Virus record (IMG/VR): IMGVR_UViG_3300032069_000008
Direction: 5' to 3' (one strand)
Source of the DNA: an uncultured virus (IMG/VR IMGVR_UViG_3300032069_000008)
Lineage: Duplodnaviria; Heunggongvirae; Uroviricota; Caudoviricetes
DNA length: 20,000 nt
Made by a program: the position numbers and the translations under genes. Each line of letters begins with the position of its first letter. Position 1 is the stretch's first letter. Positions 12,001 through 18,852 of the stretch are shown one piece after another. The notes below the pieces were generated by a model. It did no database searches, was not told the origin of the DNA, and worked only from the letters and a program-made list of their open reading frames with translations.

Positions 12001-13107
12001 GACGGATACGCTGGTATATCTGAGTGGTTTATATTCACCACTATGAACATACCGAACAATGCTCCTGTATTCTCCAATGAAAATCCAGCAAACGGTTCAA
12101 TTAATCAACCCATAGATTTTTTGGATTGGACAGTTGATGTAAATGACCCCGAAGGCGATTTGATGGATATTTCTATTAATTGCAGTCATGGGGAATATGA
12201 ATTTTATGATGATTGGACTAATGGAACTTATGATATTGAATTATCTGATTTAGATTATAATACAACATACACAGTCTGGGTCAATGCAACCGATGGCACC
12301 GACTGGACTCGTGCGTGGTATCTTTTTACCACACGGAATAACACACCGCCTGCATACTCAGATGAGAACCCACCGAATGGGACGATAGGACAGCCACTCT
12401 CTTTTACATGGAACATTAACATCACCGACGATAATGGTGATACGATATGGTGGAGTCTCGCATGCAGTAACGGAGACATGAACACTAGCGGTGAGGGGTC
12501 AGCCCCGAACGGTACGATTTATCTCGATATCCTCAATCTTACCTATTCAACCGAATATATAGTCTGGGTGAACACATCAGACGGTTACAGTAATGTCAGC
12601 GAATGGTTTACATTCACTACTGTGCTGAACAACCCACCAGATGAACCGAACAACCCAACGCCGACAAACAACTCACCTTACACTAATGTATATTTATATC
12701 TAAATTGTACCGTGACAGACCCCGATGGCGACAACATGACGGTTGTTTTCAAATGGCAGAATGGGACAACAATAGCAACATTAACAGATATCACAAACGA
12801 TTCAATTGCAGGCATCTGGTTGCCAGATTATCAGTTAATAGGACATGACACTGATTATTATTGGTATGTAGTTGTTAGTGACGGCATTGAAAACACAACG
12901 AGTCCCATCTGGACATTCCATACTAACAAAGCATGGGATTTGAATGGAGATAGCACGACAAACTATCTTGATGTCAGTGCTTTGGTGTCGCATTATGGCG
13001 AAATGGTGTCCCCACCAGGCTCTCAGCCTTGGGATATAAACAATGACGGCAATACAAATTATCTGGATGTTTCTGCATTGGTTTCACACTATGGTGAGAG
13101 CTATTGA
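9088..13107 (+). CDS. Large secreted surface protein: FN3-like domain with inserted 7-repeat beta-propeller, 6-blade Kelch-like propeller, six Ig/FN3-like repeats, dockerin-like module
   Basis: SD AGGTGA overlaps the previous stop; ATG at 9088/9091; signal peptide ends in VKA. There are seven YVYAGG..V.QYWKSNM-type repeats and six VYDGKMWxxGG...NDVWYSTDGxNW-type repeats. A dockerin closes the C-terminus. Confidence 0.88.
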   Translation: MMMKKTISIIISLVMITTIIQIMPSVKADPTLPTVATNDATEVGTTYATLQGTLTDDGGENSITGFEYGLTTEYGTKVALRYVYAGGASVQTVNQYFKSDMSKVAETEAYGGTIRAIVEDDDYVYAGGQTNGNVVQYWKSNMTMKAEASYDPVISDIAQDDLYVYAGGQAQRVYQYLKSDMSFVAQTDLIGGDITAIAVDDTYVYASTGSTVSQYWKSNMTNTGISANYGSGVRKIVSDTDYVYVIGGAINKVYQYWNLNMTKKAEASYGDVYALTQDDTYVYAGGGTTYKVFQYWKSNMTKKAETISYGGEIEALTQDDLYIYAGGETTKKVRQYLKSDMSFVAESVSYGSTIYALSTSNDTHATGDTFSFNATGLIRGTLYHYCAYANNSIGEASGADKTFNTIAENLPPSFSNESPADASLFQPLSLTWNITIQDLNGDTFNWSIECNNSQSNSSNNDVNGSKQLDISGLSYSTEYTVWVNATDLGSGNYTSAVYTFTTFDGYYWHEATSNANWSARGCSGALVFDNKLWVLGGGAVDGIKNDVWNSENGINWNLVTEHAGWSPRYLSITLVYDEKMWVIGGTNGSNWDNCSTDAWYSTDGINWIEATSDINTTSNAFNAGVVYDGKMWLSGGDYHNANDNSYLNEVWYSTDGVNWTSTGGAGWAGRDCHTMLSYDGKMWVMGGMKNGYTTDGYNDVWWTTDGANWTLATDNAGWAGRYAHGTQVYDDKMWIMGGFSYGTLRNDVWYSTDGVNWVEQIDNASWSERCWLSSSAVVYDNHLWLITGDSANDTWYLDYIINYPPAFGTPSPTNGSTGQPPSLTWNITIQDIDGDTFDWSIECSNSQSNSSNNDVNGSKQLDISGLSYSTEYTVWVNATDGTNWTREWFTFTTEANTIPVISNENPTNNSIDQPLALTWNCTITDPDELMNWTIECNNSQTASGTSATGSIQVALSGLSYLTTYTVWVNITDGYAGISEWFIFTTMNIPNNAPVFSNENPANGSINQPIDFLDWTVDVNDPEGDLMDISINCSHGEYEFYDDWTNGTYDIELSDLDYNTTYTVWVNATDGTDWTRAWYLFTTRNNTPPAYSDENPPNGTIGQPLSFTWNINITDDNGDTIWWSLACSNGDMNTSGEGSAPNGTIYLDILNLTYSTEYIVWVNTSDGYSNVSEWFTFTTVLNNPPDEPNNPTPTNNSPYTNVYLYLNCTVTDPDGDNMTVVFKWQNGTTIATLTDITNDSIAGIWLPDYQLIGHDTDYYWYVVVSDGIENTTSPIWTFHTNKAWDLNGDSTTNYLDVSALVSHYGEMVSPPGSQPWDINNDGNTNYLDVSALVSHYGESY

Positions 13108-15394
13108 TAAAAAAATATTGTCGACCATCTTCATTCTGATATTTGCCTTGTTTCATGGTACGGCTTACACCACAACAGCCCAGACAATCACGTACACCTA
13201 TGACTTCTCCAATTTGCAGATAGACACTTTATCAACATCACAAGGCACATTTTCAATCATCTCTCTTGATGATTGTCTATCAAGCAACACACCAGGATGT
13301 CCCTTATTGCCAATCTATGTGACCAACATTGAATTGCCAGTCGGGAAAACGATTGGAAGCATATCAACATATTTTCATTTGAAATCTAAAATCACACTTG
13401 CTAATCCAATAATTCCCGCACAGGATTTCACGCATTCTGGTGATGATAATAATACTTCTTTTTCTTACAACCTTTCACATTATCAACAAAATGAATTTGA
13501 ATTTGACGACCTGCTAAATGTGGATTTACAATATGCACGTGGGATACCTATTCTCATAGTATCGATGAGACCCGTGAACTACAATCCACAGACAGACCAG
13601 ATATATGTTTACGACAAAATATCATTCACGATTTCATTCACAGATGCACCAATATTGCCATTCAATAGGGAATATGGAGCAACATACGATGGAGGAATTT
13701 GTAGCCCATCAGAAAAATACGACTACGTAATCATAACAGATGCGTCGTTGAACAGCTCATGGCAACCACTCATAGACCATCGCAGTAGTTTCAGTCATCT
13801 CAACTGTACGAAAATAACAGTGCAAGATATAGATGCTTGTCCAGATTATTGGAACACAACTCCTTTGTTCAACGACACGCAGGCTCATATCCGTGAGTTC
13901 ATAAAGGATGCTTATCAGGATTGGGGAACTGACTACGTTCTGCTTGGCGGTGATTGGAGGGACGGTGTGCCAAGCGAGCAGATAGTTCCGTACAGGCTTT
14001 TTACAGACCGACTTGAAACCGATGCATACAAGACGATGCCTTGCGACATGTATTACAGCCATTTGGACGGCAACTGGTATTACTCTGCTGGCGGCGTGTG
14101 GGGCGGTGGACCAGACACTGGTGCAAACGATAAATTCGCTGAGGTTTACATCGGTCGGATAACAGCATACAACGAAACGATGGTGCAAAATGCAGTCGAC
14201 AAAATAATATGGTATGATGAGTGCGACGACACTGCATGGCTCAACAAAACTTCTTTCTGGGGCGGAGCCCTTGGCTGGACTGTAACTTCAAAGCAATACA
14301 TGGAAGAGTTGCGTCTTGGAACCGATACATACCGCACATTCACTGGCTTTGAGGAGTGGAATGCAGATAATCCTGACCAACAAATCAATACGAATGAAAG
14401 ACTTTATCATGCTGATTTGGGCTCAAGCTACAAGACATATTTTTCAAATTCAGTTGAAAACGACAACTTCTCAATTGTTAATCATCTTGACCACAGCAGT
14501 TACGATACACCTTTCGGTCTGCCGAACTGGCTTTACAGATACAACACAAAACCGTTCTTCGGTTACTCGCAGGGTTGCCTAGCGGGGCGTTTCAATAGTG
14601 GTTACGCTGGTTGCGAACAGATGATGTGCAGGCACTCGGACAGGCACGCCTTTGCACTTGTGCTGAATACAGGATATGGTTATGGGAGTACAATCGACAC
14701 TGACAGTCCAAGCCAACTTTTAAATTGCTATTTCTGGGATTACTTCTTCAATCAGACTGCTGATTCCAGTGAGTGGCAATTGGGCAAAGCACAAACATAC
14801 TCATTAGATAAGCTAGGTGCAATAATAGACGGCATTGACCATGCGTGGTGCTACAACTGGTACAGCTCTCATCTATTTGGAGACCCCGCACAGACATTGA
14901 AAATACAAGCTGAGAACCAAAGTGTAAACCATGCACCAGCCATTAGCAATGAATATCCTTTAAACGGTTCGATAGGACTAAACCTTTCCCTAATTTGGAA
15001 TGCAACCGTCACAGACCAGGATGGCGACATGTTTGGACTTAACATCTCATGCACTAACGGTCAATGGACATATTGGTCAAACGCCACAAACGGAACGTTC
15101 AATATATCTCTATCAGGTCTTGTAAACGATACGTGGTATACTGTTAACGTTCTAGCAGATGATGGCAATGCGACCACGCAAGAAAATTACACGTTCAGGA
15201 CAAGACCGTCAGAATACCCGAAGTGGGACATCACTGAAGATGGATGTACAAACTATCTCGACATTTCCGCACTTGTATCACATTACGGTGAATCGGGTGT
15301 ACCAGACTGGATACCAGAAGATATCATAGAAGATGGTATAATCAACTACCTTGATGTGAGTTCTTTAGTATCGCACTACGGGGAAAGCTACTAA
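13091..15394 (+). CDS. Gingipain-like cysteine peptidase (family C25) with propeptide, Ig-like repeat and dockerin-like module
   Basis: The likely start is ATG13091 (MVRAIDKK + hydrophobic signal). The propeptide-like motif is PGCPLLP. C25 motifs are YVIIT, IREFIKDAY, YVLLGGD, D.YY, EVYIGRI and LFGDP. His is in NHLDH (14492) and Cys in SQGC (14576). Confidence 0.92.
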   Translation: MVRAIDKKILSTIFILIFALFHGTAYTTTAQTITYTYDFSNLQIDTLSTSQGTFSIISLDDCLSSNTPGCPLLPIYVTNIELPVGKTIGSISTYFHLKSKITLANPIIPAQDFTHSGDDNNTSFSYNLSHYQQNEFEFDDLLNVDLQYARGIPILIVSMRPVNYNPQTDQIYVYDKISFTISFTDAPILPFNREYGATYDGGICSPSEKYDYVIITDASLNSSWQPLIDHRSSFSHLNCTKITVQDIDACPDYWNTTPLFNDTQAHIREFIKDAYQDWGTDYVLLGGDWRDGVPSEQIVPYRLFTDRLETDAYKTMPCDMYYSHLDGNWYYSAGGVWGGGPDTGANDKFAEVYIGRITAYNETMVQNAVDKIIWYDECDDTAWLNKTSFWGGALGWTVTSKQYMEELRLGTDTYRTFTGFEEWNADNPDQQINTNERLYHADLGSSYKTYFSNSVENDNFSIVNHLDHSSYDTPFGLPNWLYRYNTKPFFGYSQGCLAGRFNSGYAGCEQMMCRHSDRHAFALVLNTGYGYGSTIDTDSPSQLLNCYFWDYFFNQTADSSEWQLGKAQTYSLDKLGAIIDGIDHAWCYNWYSSHLFGDPAQTLKIQAENQSVNHAPAISNEYPLNGSIGLNLSLIWNATVTDQDGDMFGLNISCTNGQWTYWSNATNGTFNISLSGLVNDTWYTVNVLADDGNATTQENYTFRTRPSEYPKWDITEDGCTNYLDISALVSHYGESGVPDWIPEDIIEDGIINYLDVSSLVSHYGESY

Positions 15395-16167
15395 TCAAAT
15401 TCAGTAGGTACTTTTTTCGGCTCATGATATCCAATCATTTCTGGAAATCTCTTAAATTCGAACCAGTTTTTACCGACAAATTTTAGACATTTTTCCTTTA
15501 AAAGTTTTTCAATATAATGCTCTACTACCTTTCCAGTTCTAGCCCATTTCAGCTTATCCAACAGATATCTGTGGATTTCGTCCCTGCTGACGACACCTTT
15601 GTTCTCAGCGTATTTCATTATATGGTACTCAAAAGGGTCATACCCGGTAACAAAATCCAAAAGATGTTTACCAAGTGAAAGTTTAAGACCGACAACAAAT
15701 CTATTATCTTGGACTAAAAGCAACCCGCCCAATGTCTTCCCTTTGTGCATCTCGGCGACATAAGCTTTCAGGCGTTTCAGACCACGTTTATCGGGGCGTA
15801 TCACTCTCTTTTCCTTTACCATGTGCCTTATGATATCCTCTTCAGTGGCGCCACCCGCTCTTTTGACATACCGATATATGAGCTGAATGAACGGATTTTC
15901 ACCAACAGTAATTTTATCCTCAGGTATTATCCTGGGTATCTCCAACTCACCCTCGGTTGTTACGACGTATTGCGGTTTATCATAAGCAGGGTCAGGCACT
16001 GGTGCGTACATGTATTCCGTGTCAGGGAGGTATGGAAGACGACCAAGAACTGTGCCGTCCGAATCTACCTCAAGAATCTGACTGCGGCCGTACTCTGGAT
16101 TTTCCACTGCCTGATGTAAATTTGCACCTGGCTTTTTGGTTGTATAAAACTTTCTCGTTAGTCCCAC
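15391..16167 (-). CDS. Hypothetical protein with two probable winged-helix domains (putative DNA-binding)
   Basis: GTG start overlapping the upstream gene. Two segments show a helix-helix-helix-wing pattern (IQLIYRYVKRAGGATEEDIIRHM... and EYHIMKYAENKGVVSRDEIHRYL...YIEKLLKEKCLKFVGKNWF). Confidence 0.6.
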   Translation of the reverse strand: MGLTRKFYTTKKPGANLHQAVENPEYGRSQILEVDSDGTVLGRLPYLPDTEYMYAPVPDPAYDKPQYVVTTEGELEIPRIIPEDKITVGENPFIQLIYRYVKRAGGATEEDIIRHMVKEKRVIRPDKRGLKRLKAYVAEMHKGKTLGGLLLVQDNRFVVGLKLSLGKHLLDFVTGYDPFEYHIMKYAENKGVVSRDEIHRYLLDKLKWARTGKVVEHYIEKLLKEKCLKFVGKNWFEFKRFPEMIGYHEPKKVPTEFD

Positions 16168-16661
16168 CTCACACCAAATGGCGTGTTCATAACATGAGGC
16201 TGTGGGATGAACATCTGCCTAGTGTTATTATAATAGTCTTTGTCATATAATATGGGGTTTCTGTCAATCCTTGAAAGTATGTCCTGTATCTCGCTGATAA
16301 GTTGTGCCTTGAGTTTCTCAGTATTTGACAGCTCACGTTCCTCGAATACTTCTTTCTTTTCCTTCCCCCAGAGATAGTAAACCTTGCCGAATTTTCCTAT
16401 ACGCACAGCTGGTGTGAACATTCCGCCCATTTTCTCGGAATAGTTCTGAAACCACTGCATCTCCTCACAGCCCATATTCCCGTGTACGTCTACCAGTTCT
16501 ATTTCCAGAGGAGGCATTGGCAAATGTCCCTGTTTCATTAGTTTCCTGTTAAGCTCTATTCTACGTACCTGCAAGTCACGCAGAACTGAATAGTAGACAT
16601 ATCTACAATATGGGCAATGTGCCTCTATAAACTCATAGATGGTGATTGTTTTTTCGTTCAT
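16158..16661 (-). CDS. Thioredoxin/glutaredoxin-fold protein (CPYC)
   Basis: ATG16661 overlaps the IscB stop (ATGA). ITIYEF.EAHCPYC, IELVDV and the cis-Pro-like motif FTPAVRI are present. Confidence 0.72.
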   Translation of the reverse strand: MNEKTITIYEFIEAHCPYCRYVYYSVLRDLQVRRIELNRKLMKQGHLPMPPLEIELVDVHGNMGCEEMQWFQNYSEKMGGMFTPAVRIGKFGKVYYLWGKEKKEVFEERELSNTEKLKAQLISEIQDILSRIDRNPILYDKDYYNNTRQMFIPQPHVMNTPFGVRWD

Positions 16662-17875
16662 AATGCCATCTCCGAGGCTCCTGCTTTTAACCAAGGAGCG
16701 AATTGGATTCCCTTTCCATAACAAATCAATTTTACTTTTTTGATATTAACTTCAATTTTTTTATTTAAATCGTCAATAAGATAAATTCTTGTTCCTTTGC
16801 AATGTGTGCCTCCAGAACGATATTCTTTATTTTTATATTCTACTAAATCACTAGGTTGAAAATTATAGTGTTGTCTTCTGATTGATGGTTTGAACCCTTT
16901 ACGATTTATTTGAAGACAACGGTTATTCCTCCTTATTTGTTTAACAAGAAACGGTCTGCATCTCTCTTGAGCCATTCCACCTGCTATCACAAAAGCATCA
17001 TTGACATGGGATTTTGGCAGTTTCAATTCTATACGTCTACTCTTAGTAATATACCCGTAGGTATGCTTGCAACCAAGGGTATTAACTAATCTCCATCGAA
17101 TTGCACTCATGAATGTTTCTGCTTTGAAAGAAGGCAATTTAGGTTTCCAACCCCCTAATAATTCTCCTTTCGCGTGGTTCTTAGGGTCATTACAATCCCT
17201 GCAAAGTGTTATGAGATTAGTAGGTCTATCAGAACGGTCGCCTCTCCAGTAACCAATATGATGAACATTAAGAACATCGGTTTTTCCTTTGCAATTAGGA
17301 TTTTGGCATTCATGGGCATCACGATGCAGCACATACTCACGAACATTCCAAAAACCAAGTTGCTCTCCTTCCCGATATTGTTCACCAGTGATTTCAGGGT
17401 TCTTGATTTTCTGTATATCAAATTTGGCTACTTCGACAATCACTTGAGTTATAGGTAATAGCCTTTTGATTTTTTCAACTAACCGAATATGACTGTCTAA
17501 TTTGTGTTGGATGCTTGGGGCTAACCAATCATATTTTGCACGGTTATCGAAGCGTGATTGTCTATACCAGAGTTTATTCCTGCGGCTCCTTCTATACATT
17601 CTTCGTTCTTTTAGTAACTTTGGTATGTCTGTCCTTAAAGTAACTTCTCCAGACATTAATTCTCTCTTTTCTGTAGTTGCAGAGAAACCGATATTATCAT
17701 ATCCACCATCAATGCCAAGTTCTATGGGTTGAATGTTTTTCTCACAATCCCATAACAATTGGATAGTGAACGGCTTTCTGCTTACAACCTTCGCTTTCTT
17801 TTGCTTCAAGAGATGTCGTGCCTTTGCAGGAGTACATGGCATCAAAGGTGTTCCATCTTGATGCAATACATACAC
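16658..17875 (-). CDS. iscB: RNA-guided endonuclease IscB (PLMP, RuvC, RRXRR bridge helix, HNH)
   Basis: VYVL..DGTPLMPC..AKARHLLK (PLMP), LGIDGG (RuvC-I), RRMYRRSRR, VIVEVAKFD (RuvC-II), VHHI...NLITLCRDCN (HNH), SHVNDAFVIA (RuvC-III). The start is probably GTG17875, but the ORF is open up to ATG18052. Confidence 0.95.
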   Translation of the reverse strand: MYVLHQDGTPLMPCTPAKARHLLKQKKAKVVSRKPFTIQLLWDCEKNIQPIELGIDGGYDNIGFSATTEKRELMSGEVTLRTDIPKLLKERRMYRRSRRNKLWYRQSRFDNRAKYDWLAPSIQHKLDSHIRLVEKIKRLLPITQVIVEVAKFDIQKIKNPEITGEQYREGEQLGFWNVREYVLHRDAHECQNPNCKGKTDVLNVHHIGYWRGDRSDRPTNLITLCRDCNDPKNHAKGELLGGWKPKLPSFKAETFMSAIRWRLVNTLGCKHTYGYITKSRRIELKLPKSHVNDAFVIAGGMAQERCRPFLVKQIRRNNRCLQINRKGFKPSIRRQHYNFQPSDLVEYKNKEYRSGGTHCKGTRIYLIDDLNKKIEVNIKKVKLICYGKGIQFAPWLKAGASEMAL

Positions 17876-18114
17876 GTTAACTTTAAGTCCATCTGTATGT
17901 TGATGTTGGTCCTCTTCGGAGATGTTAACAAAGGTTTTGGAATTCTGCAACACTTGGCCGCATTGACCATGTTTAATCACAGAATCACAGAGCTTGGAAC
18001 TAGAGGGGCATTCCAAGGTGTGTATGTGTTTCTCTTCATTAACTTCTACCATTTTTTGGTCTCCTAATCAACTCTTGCGTTGAGAGTTACCTCTCAAGCC
18101 CTAGGGTAGTTGAC
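16673..18114 (-). mobile_element. Non-autonomous IS200/IS605-superfamily element carrying omegaRNA + iscB (no tnpA)
   Basis: The - strand 5' end begins GTCAACTACCC at 18114. The far end has the hairpin GCTCCT-N11-AGGAGC (16677-16699). Joining the flanks restores an in-frame host gene end. The junction is ambiguous by about 1 nt. Confidence 0.85.
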
Positions 18115-18130
18115 CTCAGCCATCCTTGAA
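17885..18130 (-). ncRNA. omegaRNA / HEARO RNA: scaffold about 18114-17885, with 5' guide about 18130-18115
   Basis: GTCAACT pairs with AGTTGAT. A TTGAGAG-GTAA-CTCTCAA GNRA hairpin is at 18080-18097. The CTTGGAA...TTCCAAG hairpin (17993-18017) has a loop CCTCT complementary to AGAGG (17911-17915), a pseudoknot. A GTTAATGAAG/CTTTGTTAAC stem is also present. The RNA lies directly upstream of iscB. Confidence 0.85.
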
Positions 18131-18852
18131 GTTTGTTCCTGCTGGAACAGCATCCTCAAATCCTCCTCGGTCTGTCCTGTTGCTTCAGCGACCTCATCTA
18201 TGGGCATCCCTTCTTTTATCTTATTAAATATTTCCCCGCGGGATATTTCTAATCTTATCGGCGGGGCTAGTACCTTTTCTATCGATTGGAACAAATTTGA
18301 AAACTTGTTTTCAATCTGAGTAAATACTGTATCATTAGGTTTTACCATATTGCTTACACGTCGTATTGTTGCGGCACAATCGCCGACTTTCTGCATCATT
18401 ATTGCGTAGTAATTGTATACAGTGCCACCAAGAGCCTCTATTTCAGGCTTCAGCTCTGCCATCTCATCGAAACAGTCAATGATTTCTGTAGCATTTTTCT
18501 TGTCTATATCGCCAAGTAGGTGTCTGATATCCCCGTAAATCTCTTTCAACCTATCAAGGGGATTATCAGTTGATGACTTGATTTTCTTAATAATCTCTCT
18601 CAAAGAATTATGTACTAATTCTCGTTTAAAGTGATTGTTTGTGTTATAGAGCAAGCCATAGTTTAAATCCTCAAAAAGTTCATAGAAATGATTGGCATCA
18701 ACACCCCTTGAATTGTAATACTTCATAAGGTTGTCCAGAAGTTTATCCGAAGCGTTCTTTGCACTACCATAATCACCAACTCTAATGCACGTAAATATCT
18801 CATCGAGGTTTTCTTTTATATCTGACCGATTGTAGAGCGTTGTTGATACCAT
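18094..18852 (-). CDS. Helical hypothetical protein with C-terminal HTH; 3' end altered by the IscB element
   Basis: ATG18852 is coupled to the upstream TGA (TGATG). The HTH-like segment is IFNKIKEGMPIDEVAEATGQTEEDLRMLF. The last six codons (VNYPRA) come from the element. Confidence 0.72.
   Translation of the reverse strand: MVSTTLYNRSDIKENLDEIFTCIRVGDYGSAKNASDKLLDNLMKYYNSRGVDANHFYELFEDLNYGLLYNTNNHFKRELVHNSLREIIKKIKSSTDNPLDRLKEIYGDIRHLLGDIDKKNATEIIDCFDEMAELKPEIEALGGTVYNYYAIMMQKVGDCAATIRRVSNMVKPNDTVFTQIENKFSNLFQSIEKVLAPPIRLEISRGEIFNKIKEGMPIDEVAEATGQTEEDLRMLFQQEQTSRMAEVNYPRA

Noticed and set aside
13043..13090. ORF-track start of the C25 gene at 13043
   Set aside because: It overlaps the upstream dockerin coding region. 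The signal peptide begins after ATG13091.
4865..15391. Near-identical gene 3' ends as DGR variable/template repeats
   Set aside because: No reverse transcriptase is present, differences are not adenine-specific and the protein sequence is conserved.
16662..16724. N-terminal extension of the CPYC protein in the ORF track
   Set aside because: It lies inside iscB and the element end. ATG16661 with ATGA coupling is the better start.
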